The notes under the pieces were generated by a model. That model searched no databases, was not told the origin of the DNA, and worked only from the letters and a program-made list of their open reading frames with translations. DNA of 64,000 bases from Monocercomonoides exilis PA203 (Eukaryota; Protista; Preaxostyla): the NCBI GenBank assembly GCA_001643675.2, contig LSRY02000047.1, forward strand, positions 725,623-789,622. The letters are read 5' to 3'. Within the stretch, counting starts at the first letter, position 1. Each line of letters starts with the position of its first letter. Below, piece by piece: positions 1 through 11,655 of this stretch. The position numbers were made by a program, and so were the translations under genes.

Positions 1-2
1 CG

Positions 3-689
3 TTTCCTCCGCCTCTTCCTGCATATGAATACCGTTCTTCTCTTCATTCATCTTCTAACTCCACAGCCTCTTTTGGAAAATCTGCATTTTGCTCTTCTTC
101 AGACACGGTGCTTCTTCCCCTTTCGCGCAAGCAGCGCGACTGGATGGTCGGCCGGGTGATTGAAAGAGAAGGCATAGACATCATGACAGACTCTCTCGTC
201 AACAAAGCCCAACGATCCGGCATTGAAAGTGGCTCAAGCACAGCCAGGAATGAGTCTTATGCTTCATCTGCTTCATCTGCTCCATCAGTAGATCAGCGCT
301 CCACTCAGAAGTTAGTTAGCACGCCGATAAAATTGCCTCCGTATTCGTCTTCAACAAGCCGTTCTTCAACTGCATCCACGACTTGGCTTGGATCAGCTCG
401 CCAGTCACGAACAATCGGCACGCCAACAGCAAAACATACAAACACACCTTCCACTCCTCCAACATATTACAGAACATCCCTCAACCCTCAGACGCCTTCT
501 TCCTTCTCTGCAACTAGCTCCTCGACGTCTTTCCCATTCTCCTCTTCGTTCGAGTCTGAGCCGCCTCAAACACTTCATCCGTCTGTCCCTTACACATACA
601 CCCCATCAGCGCGGTCGCCAGCACATTTTAACACATTTCTCATTCGCACAGCATCACAGCCGCAACTCCACACGCATTTGTCTGCTTGA
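3..689 (+). CDS. 3' end of a Ser/Thr/Pro-rich hypothetical protein; begins before the window
   Basis: Frame 3 is open from the window edge to TGA at 687-689. Low complexity, no recognisable domain. Convergent with DPH6. Confidence 0.5.
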   Translation, partial: FPPPLPAYEYRSSLHSSSNSTASFGKSAFCSSSDTVLLPLSRKQRDWMVGRVIEREGIDIMTDSLVNKAQRSGIESGSSTARNESYASSASSAPSVDQRSTQKLVSTPIKLPPYSSSTSRSSTASTTWLGSARQSRTIGTPTAKHTNTPSTPPTYYRTSLNPQTPSSFSATSSSTSFPFSSSFESEPPQTLHPSVPYTYTPSARSPAHFNTFLIRTASQPQLHTHLSA

Positions 690-865
690 CGGGAGAATGC
701 AAGTGACTTCATTAAATTGCTCTTATTGAAAAATATGCTTTAGATGTTATAATGGAGATTGAACTGTGGTTGCTGTAATACAAACCCGCTAAATATATAT
801 GCTTCGAATTAAGCAAATGGCAGATAAAAAATGAAAATTAACTCACTAAATAAATAAAGTTTTTA

Positions 866-3800
866 TTACTCAAAAGAGCGAGAAGCCGCGAATGAAATGG
901 AGCAAAAGTTCTGAGAATCTGAATTGAGTGTGTCTGCCCACGTGATGCATGGCTCTGTGTGAGGAAAATGTCCTTTTTGGATGTTTTGAAGCATCTCGAC
1001 AAAACTTGGACCAAATTCTGAGGAAGACAGGCAGCATATTTCGATGTTGCATACATCGGAAGTGTTCAGAGAATGCCTGAGGTTAAAAAAAAAATGCGAT
1101 TAATGGCAATGTTAAAAAATATTAATGTATTGCAGAAATAAAATAAAATATAAAAAAATAAATTCAACAATACAATAAGCCAAACTGGTTAATCACTGAA
1201 CCCAAATGTCTGAAAACGCTTTCTGCAAGTTCTGAATATATGCTCTTGCAATCCGTTGCAGCTGCTTCTGTTTGTTTTCCTTCTGAAGAAGAAGAGGAAG
1301 GGGAAGAAGAAGACTCAGAATGAGGCATCGCTCTTTGCGAGATCAGCACATGGCCAGCAGCACACAGCTGTGCAACTGCGCGGTATTCGCAGGAGAGTTT
1401 GAAGGGCAAAGGAACATCTTTGTACTCCACTCGAAATGCAGCTGTCTCTGGCTGGTTTGGAAGCCTGCACAGGATTGATTCTAAGCTCATGCATTTTGTT
1501 TCGTTCTGTTCGTTTTTTGCTGAATTTGTTGAGAGTTTTTCTTTTTCTTCTTCTTTTTCTTCATCATTTTTCTGTTCTTCTGCTTCCATCTCACGTTTAA
1601 CTTGTTTTATTGCAGAGCTAACAAAGCTCTGTGCAAAAAGAGTTGGAATAATATTTACATGAAATCGCAACTGATTTGAAAGAAGTGAAGAAAGTTGAGT
1701 GGAAGAGCAGTCCACAGACGAAGACGAAGAAGAAGAAGGGTGATTGATATGTATTATTTGTACAAGAGTTGGCGGAAGAGATTCCAAAAGCTTAACCTGA
1801 GCAGAGGTTAGTTTTAAAAGTTCCATGATATCTTCATTGAACAAATAATCGTCTTCCTCTTCCTCTTCTTCCTCTTCTTCGTTACTATCATCCTCCTCCT
1901 CGTCTTCTTCTATTTCGAGTCCTTCTTTTTCTCTCTCTTCTTTTTCTTTCTGTCTAATCGTCCACACAACAGATCCTTTTTTCTTCTTCAATTTGAAATA
2001 GAAGAGTTCAGGATGCTCGTAAATCTCTCTCTCTTTCTTTTTTTTCTGGAATCGCTCGTTGAAAAGAGCAATCAATGCAAAACGCACAAAGTCAATGGGA
2101 TCAAAGGCTTCCGTACAGCGTGAGCAAGTCTTCTGGTATTCCACAAAACTTCTATCAAACTCAATTTCTTCAGCATTTTTCGCCTGTGAAGAAAGCTGCT
2201 GCTGTTCTTCAACAGCAATGCAAACTGTCAGTTGAAGAAGATTGGATATAAAATCGACCGAACTGGAGTTGCATTCATTGGCAAAGGAATAAAGAGAGCG
2301 GAAGATTGCAAGGGGAAGAGAAAGACTCGAAGAAGCAAACGACAGCTCAACCTCTGAAGTGCTTTGCTTCTGTTTAGATGTATCTCTTTTTTCCTTTCCT
2401 ACTTCTGTTTCTGTTTCTGCTTCTCCTGCTGTTGCTTCTTCTGTTGGACTTAGTGGAATTCCCTCTTCTTTTGGTTTGTGTTTGTTATTTAACTGGTCAG
2501 TTGACGAATTTCCCAAGCAATTGAAAGGCACAGCATCTGAACAGAAAGTGAGTGCATCTGCTTCTCTGATGTGGCTAACAGGCCATCCGTTGAGCGATGG
2601 AAACAGAGGCTGCAGCGACAAGACACGCACACACTGATGAGAAGGAAAATGGTTAACTGGAGCTGTTGAGGAGGACGAAATCTGATCTGCTGAATGAAGA
2701 CGACAGATTGCATGAAGTGTGCACAAAGCAGATTCGCAACAAAAATTGGATTTGCCTCCAAAACTAATGTTAGATACAGGAAATGATTGAGGAACAGTAG
2801 TGCGTTCAGGCTGTGAAGAGAACAGAATGTCTGAGAGGGCACTGCGAATCAACGCTGTAATTGAGTCAATGGTGCCAAATTCTGAAGGGTTGATGTGAAT
2901 GCGGAGCGAAATGACGTTTTCTCGGAGAATAGAGCTGATGTGTGCTGGGGCTAGTTCCGAGTCTGTTTCTAAAGAATGCGGATGAATTCTTTGCTTAATT
3001 GAGAGAGCCAACTGGTGAAGAAGTGAAGTGATGCAGTTGGACAGAAATTGCTCAGACGAAACTTGATCAGAACTCGAAGAAGAACTGGACATTTTTTCGT
3101 TAATGGCATCCGAAGATAGAATATGAGTGAATGTTGCGAAATATGATGCGCATGAAGAGTGTGACGCTTCCAATGAGTTTCTTGTTGAGCCTTCTTCGTG
3201 AATTGGAGGAAGTGGTGTGAAGAACTTAGCCAGCAGAGCCAGGTCTTTGTGAGATGGAACAGGAACTGGAGTGACAATTCGAAGAGAATGAGAGCTGGAT
3301 GAAGGAAGCGAAGGAAAAGTTTCATGCTCTGAAGATTGATTGCGCTCATCAATGGGAGGAGGCGCACTAAACACGAGGTACCCAGGCGGATCAAACAGAC
3401 GATCGTCTCCGTCAATCACACGCCAGGCACAAAACTCTTTGAGATCATTTTTTTCTACTTTGTCTGAATCCTTCTTGGTTACACAATTATCGGAAATTGG
3501 AGATGAAGATCTGATGAGATAAGCATTCCAGTGCAATGAGCCGTATCTAAAAAGGGCAGGACAGTCACAAACAAGTGTTTCATACTCTCCTCCTTCTCCA
3601 CATACGTTCACACCATATTGTTTGTGCTGAATGAATAAACATAAAAAAATAACAAGAAAATACAGGGAAATTATTTTTTTGAGTAATTTGATACAAACGC
3701 AACAAATATCAATCAATTATAATAAAAATAAAAATGTACCGCGTTCATTAATAGTGTAAATACTTCATCAAGCCTCTTTCCAAGTATTTTTCGTGGTGGT

Positions 3801-4522
3801 AATCCTGCAGCAGCAACTTTCACCAAAATCGCATTAACCCCATCTTCTAGCATCGAATTAAGCAAAATTGGTTGGGGGATGTGCCATAGAAGTGAAACGT
3901 TCTGCAAGCCAAGACGAGAACAACTTTTTTTGATGTTATTTATTAAAATATTCATGCATATTTTATGAAATATAGACAGCATACACATTTTCAACTCTTT
4001 CCCTCTGATAATCAGATGCTATGGCGCCTGTTGAAACATATTGCAGTTGTGGAAATTTGTCCTGTCAAAGGAAAGTCTTTTTGATTTTAATCAAATAATA
4101 TGCACACTTTGACAGATGACAAAAGCAAAAACATGTCCTCAACCTCATCTCCACTTGTTTCTGTGTATTCCATATTCAAGGATTTTGATTTTCTGCACAA
4201 GAAAAAAAAATTATGATAAAAATTATCATTTATAAAGTCAAAACCCCGTAATAATCTTTCTGAAAAATTGCACCCCAATACATTTTTCTTGTGAAACAAC
4301 ACCAAGTGTACCTACACTCTGAAACATATAGCTATCAAGTTCTTCCACTTTACAAAAAGACAATAATAAATAAAAAAACGAATAAATAAAAATAGAAGCA
4401 CCTCCATCTGGTGGACTTAAAGAAGCAATTGCAACTAAAGAAAGTCCAGCTTTTTTGCATTGCAACAAATTGTAGATGCTGTCCTTTCCTCCAGAAACGA
4501 GTCCACAAAGTTGATTAATCAT
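866..4522 (-). CDS. DPH6: Diphthine--ammonia ligase (PP-loop ATPase) with a long C-terminal extension; multi-exon
   Basis: Exons encode MINQLCGLVSGGKDS (PP-loop), ELDSYMFQSVG, EYTETSGDEVEDMF, LWHIPQ..LLNSML...AILVKVAAAGL and YGVNVCGEGGEYETLVCDCP. The 3' end is inferred from a last exon ending TTT GAG TAA at 866. Confidence 0.88.
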
Positions 4523-4995
4523 TATTATGGGACATATGTATGCGATTTCAGAATGAATTAATACAAAAAAAGTTTGATAAATCAATCTGTTTTTAAAAAA
4601 TTAGCTTGTTAATCATTGATAAAATAAAATGTAATTGTTTTATGAAGACAAAAGATTCAAAGATTAATTTGTTTGTTCTGAAAAGGAAAGCAAATGCAAG
4701 ATAGAAATTTTATTGATGCATGTATTATTCTGACTGTGATAAAATAAAAAAATACTTAGATAACTTTGGGCACTCTGTTATTATAAAAGTAAAAAAGTAA
4801 TAGAGACAGAAATAAAAAATTCTTCAAAATATGAACAATATGAGAACGAGAAAGATCGAATAATATAGCTGATTAAATTGAGATGAAGCGTTAAAGGCAA
4901 TGAAAGAAATGCGACACGGAAATAGTCTGCTTCTTTTTATTCATTTTTATTTCAAATTCATAAAATAGCGCGGTTCATTTCACCTGCATTTGTCC

Positions 4996-6274
4996 TTACT
5001 TTGGCATGATATTTGACATATTTCCTTGCAAAGCAAACACATCCCAGTTAATCTTTGTCTTTGAGCGAGGAAGTTTCATTCGAAGTGCTCTGAAAGAAGA
5101 TTCTGCAAGGCGGATAAAGGATTCGTCGATGGATTGCTGGAACTTCTGCTCTTCAGAAATGATGGCATTCTTCACATCCTTTGCAATCTGTGCCAAGTTT
5201 TCCTAAATATAAAGAAAGAAGCACAATCACATTAAAACATAAAATTGAAGTTTATAGAAAATGATTTGAAATTATAGTTCAAATGAAAGCAAACGCTTGC
5301 ATTTATTTTCCTCTCTGCTCTATCCTCGGTGTTAAGATGAACATTTCCAGCTTCAAAGAAATGTGCAGCAACAGACATCTCTCCAGAAAGCTGGTGCTTA
5401 TCCTCACTAAGTTCAAGTATCCACGTGGATTTCCACTGCCCTCCCCTTAAATGAAAAAATCAACATAACCAATTTTTTTATTGTAAAATGCTAAAAATAA
5501 CTGCATACCACATTGATTTTGGATTAACTTTAGTGGAGTTTATGCAAATAATAATTGCTTTTCCGCCATCATCTGAGTCGCTTGCGAATACTGAGCAAAC
5601 GCCATCGGGGAAGTGATCGCTAACATATTTTGTTATTGCATCATCGATGGCTTTGCTATTGAATCACGAAGTATATACAGTTACTCTCAAGTCTCATTTT
5701 TCCAAAAAAAAAAAAAAATCAAACCGAAGTGGTTCGTGTTCTGCTGTGGATTCTTCTTCAAGGGGTTGCACATCTGTTACAGTCTGATATTTAAAATGAT
5801 TGAATCAATATTTCATCTTCTTTTTTAGCATTAAGAATGCAAGCCTTTGTTGAATGATCATATGTAATGATACGCTTTCCTCTTGGATCAAGGTAGTGCG
5901 TGTCATCAAGTTCTCCAAATTGACAAATTAGCATCTTTAATAGATCGATATATTCAAAAATTTTTGTATTGGAGAATAAAATCAAACTTTCTCTTTTGTT
6001 TCAGGAATTGTAACAACTTGATATTGTTCGATATGTCTCTGGTGGAAATATTGCTCCTTCAAAGGGCTTAAATCTTTCGAATCTCCAACAATTGTTTCGA
6101 GTGCTGAAAGTTTTGACACACGAAAATGAAGAAATATCATTCAAAAATTTTTCCAAAGATTATCAAACCTTGATATACATCATTTTCTTCCTGTGGAGGA
6201 GATGAAAGAATAAATCTCCCAATTGTTTCTTGGAAGTCAGTTTCTTCATCAATGGGCTGTTCTTCCTCAGTCAT
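4996..6274 (-). CDS. CAPZA: F-actin capping protein subunit alpha; multi-exon
   Basis: N-terminus MTEEEQPIDEETDFQETIGRFILSSPPQEENDVY, middle VLAAHFFEAGNVHL, C-terminus FRALRMKLPRSKTKINWD. Confidence 0.92.
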
Positions 6275-6889
6275 GTTTTTCTGTTCAACCGTATGGGTTG
6301 ATCGATATAAAGCAACAATTATTATTAATGAGCAACATTTTTTTCAATAAACGTCCAAAGCATCCACATACGTGTTAATAAAAAAGTTGATTAGAAAATA
6401 GAAAAAGAGATAAATAATCTCAATGCGAAAATGAATCGTTTTTGTTGAAGAAGAAATTGTTAAGAAAAGGATTATCAATCATTTTTCCAATATTTCTCCT
6501 GTGAAAATAATATTTTTGAATCTTCTTTAAATAACTCTTTTATTTAACCTATTTCAAAATGTTAAAACAAATGTAATTTACCAAATTTGTTTGTAATATG
6601 CGCTTCTTTACGAATATCAATGAGTCAGAAATGAGATGATGATTAATGAAAGAGCATTAACACTCAGACAGATGAAACGACAAACAATGCTTTCATAGGG
6701 AAAAAATAATAATAATTAAAAACAGAAGAAAAGAAAAATTATTGGAAAGAAACTTTATAATTCTTGCGCGCACAAAAAAGACAGAAACTCTACATTATAA
6801 TAAAATGCATTTTGAATAAAAATAAATTTCTTTTCTCCATTCGGATCAAATGGAAGGGATACACAAAGACAGGTTAAAGGAAGTTGGAT

Positions 6890-8004
6890 TTAAGAAAGCG
6901 GATCAGAGGAAGGTGATTCTCCAATTGGAAGTACCATTTTTGTCGATGCTTTAAATCTCAGCTCCTGTACAGAACGCAGATCGCTGACAATTCCCTTCAC
7001 TCTCCCAAAATATACTGTCTCAATGTGAGATCGCATCTGATTTTCACTTTCCTCCACCATCATTCCCATAGTTTTCGCTTGTTGTGCTGGTGTAGTGGCA
7101 TGAACTCCGAGTTTTTCAAACTAAGATTAATAATAATGGAATGTGAAATTGTATAAAAACAATCAATAAAAAATTTGGATGTTTGTGTTTATTAAAAAGA
7201 TAATGATAATAAAGAGAATGAAAGTGTGACATATCCAAAAAAAGTAAAACCTTTCTTGTAAGATTGCCAGATAGATCAACAGGTGAGATGCCAAGGGATA
7301 AAGATATTGCTGTTGTAAGTCTAAAATCATATGCGCTTGAGTCAGTTGTTGATTTTGTTATTTTGAAAAAGTGGCTGCTATTCCAAGTTCCTTTTTGATG
7401 AGTTTCTCGACTGTCATAATCTGAAAAACATAAAATATTTATTGAATGTTTGAAAATATATATATATACCTTTCTTTAAAAGGACGCATGCTGCCATTCC
7501 TTCACCAGATTCCCATGCATAGACAGATGAGTATCCGCCTTCGTAATATACTTGCAAATATTTTTCGAAAAGACCATTAGCTTCTATTTCAAGTGATCGA
7601 AGTTTATCAGACGGGAGAAGACCTTCTTCGAGTGGTGGAAAGTATTGATTTGAATATGGCGAACTTTATATTTAATGAATATAAACAATATGTTTTTAAT
7701 TTCCAATATATTTTTTTGTTATAAAAAATCTGTGAATTTTCATACCGATATGAATCTCCATCGCGATTGTAATCGCAAATTATAAAATCTCTTCCAACAG
7801 TTGTATCTGTTTCAGTTTTCAAAGGAACTTCAATGTGCTGCAAAAGCTTTTCTGTTAGATCATCTGCCAAATACATCAGATCTCTGGAGAGAAATGAACC
7901 TTATGGAAAATGTATTTTTCAAACCCTAATGTTTGTTCAATCGTTGAAGGTGGCATTCTTCGAGTCAGATTCATGCAAGCCGTAAAACGATCGTCTGCAG
8001 ACAT
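6890..8004 (-). CDS. CAPZB: F-actin capping protein subunit beta; multi-exon
   Basis: MSADDRFTACMNLTRRMPP, GRDFIICDYNRDGDSYR, YYEGGYSSVYAW, GTWNSSHF, GMMVEESENQMRS..ETVYFGRVKGIVSDLRS; stop at 6890-6892. Confidence 0.93.
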
Positions 8005-9078
8005 TTTGATTTTTTTCTTTCGGCTATTGATCGATAACCATAATACAATAAGACAGATTTTCAGAAAATTGGAGATGTTGAAAGTGAAAACTTCTTAAAT
8101 TGAATTTGTGCTATATATTTCTTTATCAATATGAATTAAAAAAAGGAGACGGACAAAAATACCCACATTGTCCACACAAGAAAAAAAAGAAAAAAAAAGT
8201 TTTAATTCATGTACCCTTCCTTCAGTACAAATGTCTTAGAGATTCCTCGTCCAATTTCCAATAAACAAATATGAAATAACATTTCAAATTAAAAGTGTTC
8301 AACAAATGGTATAATAATGAGCAAGTTTCCGTTGTAGTTATTACGCTGTCAAATGTTGAAATTTGTGGATTTGATCTCAGAATTGTATTGAAATGGATAT
8401 ATTGAAGAGTTTTTCATTGATAATCAAAACCGATATCGAAATTGCTTTTCTAAACACTGTTCTATCATCATTTTATTTGTTTCCATTTGAATGGAAAATA
8501 CTTTTGTTCACCCAATTCATTTCAATTTTTCATTTTCCATTTCTATCTTCTTTAACAGTCAAACAAATCAACCTGAAATAAAATAGAAAAAATGAGGAAA
8601 TCAACAACAACGAAATCCATCAATAATGCAAACATAGTCAATTCTCATTCTCTGTCAAAAACTGCTTCAAAATATGAATAATTAAATTAATTCCTTTTTT
8701 AAGAATTTTTCGCTGAGAGTTTTCCATATTTTTCTATAAAATTCCATTTCCATATTTCCCGTTGAAGTCAAATCCAAATCTTAAGGTGCAATTGCAGAAA
8801 AAGTTTGTAATTCCATTTCTCAAACAAAAACATCTCAATGATGATTAGCTATTGGTTTGATCAGATCTATCAAAAGATTTGTCTAACTGGATTGTCCTTA
8901 AGTATCGATTGCTTTATAGAAACTTTTGCAAAGGTTGATCTTTTATAAAACTAAACAATCAGTTTTGTAGGTTTTGCTTTGATTTTTTAAAAGATAATCA
9001 ACTTTTTTTTGTTATTTTCATAATTTGTGAAATGATAATCCGTTGCAAATACAAAAAACATATCCTTTAACAAACAGA

Positions 9079-10560
9079 ATGAGAATGAACACCAGAAACA
9101 AGCTAGAAGATGAAACTTATGTGCAATGCCTTTCAGACAAAATTTTAAGTTAGCTCAATTTTTCTTTTTTTAAAAATGAGAAATTTAATTTATTTTTTAA
9201 TTTCTTTGTGAAGAATTATTTGACGATTTCGAACATTGCGCTACAAATGTACAAAAACAAAAAATCGAAGAAATGAATGCATTAATTGAAGAAATGAATG
9301 AAAAAGAATATAATTTGATTTTTACAATCGAACTGTTTAATAAAGTCGACAAAATGATTGAAGGAAAGAATCAGGCTTCTGGGAATATCTTTTTATTGTT
9401 GAAGCATATTGGATACAACAAAACAATGAAACATATATTTAATGATGGCTTCATCAATTCTTCGTTAAGTACAAGAATTGAAAAGTTGATTTTCAAAGAA
9501 AACCAGAAAAATGAAGAAGAAAACGTAAATCAGTTGATTTGCCTTTGTGAATGTTGTTTATTTTTGCGAAATGATGAAGATGATTGTTCAGAGGAATTAG
9601 TTCATATTTGCGTGTCTTGTCTTCTGAAAGTTGCACTGAGGAAAGAGGAATGTGAGCAAGCACAAAGAGAAGTGGAAATGGCTTTAGTTGCATTGAGCAA
9701 TATCGGGGCATGGGTGGTATGATTTCTTTTCTTCTTTTTTCTTTTTGTTGTTATAAAATTGTATTTGATGTTTATTCGATATTTGTAATTTTTCGAAATA
9801 GGAAATGAAAGAAGATTTGTTTTTGGATGAGCTCAAAGAGGTTATCAAGCATCATGAGGAGCATCTTAACCTTACTCAAGTTGCGTATCAATCAGCTTGG
9901 ATGTCTTTGATAAACAGACTATGGAACGACAAAAGCTTGGAAGAAGTGGTTGTGAATGAACTGCATTTTGTTCGAGAAGCAGTTAGAGAGTTGGAATACC
10001 TATTAATGCGTGTTGATTGGAAGGAAACAGGAAACGAAATCAAAGAAACGAAAGAAATGAAGTTAATTTGGAGATGGATCGTTTCACTTGGAAATTTATT
10101 TTGTGCTTCGTCCTTATGGAAAAATGAATATATTGAGCTGATTCAATGTCTTGCTAAGATTTGCATCGCAGCAAGAGAAAAAAAACGAAAAGTTTTTTCC
10201 CAGTGCATTTCTACTTTTCGTGTGATTACACAACCGTATAATGCACATATTTATTATTTGCTTGATGGAGGTGCTTTTGATCTTCTTATGGAGGAAATTC
10301 AGCAATCTACGTTACAAGATGGAATTGCAGGTAATTGCTTAGATTTCTTTTTGCGTATTTCTGCTAGAGCGAATAAAAAGATGGATAATGAAATTAACGA
10401 AGCAAAAAGAAAGGCAAAAAGAAAGGAGATATTTGAAAAGATGGAAGAAGAAGGATTCGAAGATATAATCACAAGCTTTCTCGAAAACATTCCATTCATT
10501 AACAAAAATTATTATTTAGTATTATCATTTAATATTTCAGATTATTTGGTGAATATTTAA
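9079..10560 (+). CDS. Lineage-expanded helical hypothetical protein; about 3 exons
   Basis: ORFs 9273-9722 and 9805-10560 are joined by a GT-AG intron. Motifs CVSCLLKVALRKEE..AQREVEMALVALS and KMEEEGFEDIITSF resemble, from memory, a large multicopy family in oxymonad genomes. Confidence 0.7.
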
Positions 10561-10859
10561 ATCATATGTGCTTTTAGGACTTTGCTTGTTTGAGACTTAT
10601 TTATATAAATGTTTTTGCTTTTATTTTTATTAGAAAAGAAGAAAATTGATGTTTTATTTCATTCCAAAAATACATTTGTTACGAATTATTTTGCTTTATA
10701 ATTTTTGTTCCACAGACTATTTTCTTTTATTTTTAGAAATTATTTAATTTTTCTTCATTTTTTGCATGATGATGTGAGACTTATTATGTTATTATAGCAG
10801 GAAAAGTTGGAACAAATCGTTGTTTTTATCTAAAATATTTCTCCATTTCAATGGCGCCA

Positions 10860-10950
10860 AAAAAAGAAAAGAAAAAGAAAAGAAAAAAAAAAAAGAAAAG
10901 AAAAGAAAAAAGAAAAAGAAAAGAAAAAAGAAAAAGAAAAGAAAAAAAAA
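10860..10950 (+). repeat. (GAAAA)n / poly-A purine tract
   Basis: Visible directly in the sequence. Confidence 0.9.
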
Positions 10951-11179
10951 ACTCTTGTGAAACAATCAAAAGCTTTAATTAAAGCTCTTTTTCACTAAAT
11001 AGAACAAAATAAATTTTAATTATATGGAACTTCTTTCCCATGTTCATAAACAAAATCAATCGTAATTCATTAATACAAACACTAATTGTCGTTTTTGCTG
11101 CCTCAATTATTTTCTAACAAAACATAGTTTTCAAGAATGCAACATTATTATTTAAACATTTGTATTTAAAAAACTGGAT

Positions 11180-11569
11180 TCAAGTTTCAGCCGTAGATTG
11201 CTTTTGAGGGTTATCATTTGGAGATTTCGAAGTTGGAAATAAAAAATTATACAAGGGGGAAGTACCGTCAGAAGGAGTTGTTGCGCGAACTTCTTCAGAA
11301 TAAGTTGATGGATGATTACTTGTTTGGTGATGAATCGATCCACATAATGTGCAAATACGATGCTTTTTTGATTTATGTGACAGTATGTGATTATGCAGGC
11401 ACTTTTCTGAACTGTAAACCTTTTTGCATTTCAAAAAATTGCATTTCCAACATTTTATTTTTGTATGAGAAATTTTGCGATGGTAACGCAATAACGTAAG
11501 AGTTGAAAAAGTTCTTTTACACCCAGGGGAAGAGCATGTAAATAGGTGTTTTGCGCAGTGAGATTTCAT
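11180..11569 (-). CDS. Small C2H2 zinc-finger protein
   Basis: Two canonical fingers, CSSPGCKRTF..LRYHRKISH and CNFLKCKKVY..LHNHILSH. A possible ATG-only first exon lies at 11624-11626. Confidence 0.65.
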   Translation of the reverse strand: MKSHCAKHLFTCSSPGCKRTFSTLTLLRYHRKISHTKIKCWKCNFLKCKKVYSSEKCLHNHILSHKSKKHRICTLCGSIHHQTSNHPSTYSEEVRATTPSDGTSPLYNFLFPTSKSPNDNPQKQSTAET

Positions 11570-11655
11570 CTGTAAGAAACGAATAAAGAAATGAACTTAT
11601 TTATCTGTAAATGATCTTATAACCATAGGAAAAGAAAAAAAGTACTTGGACTAAA

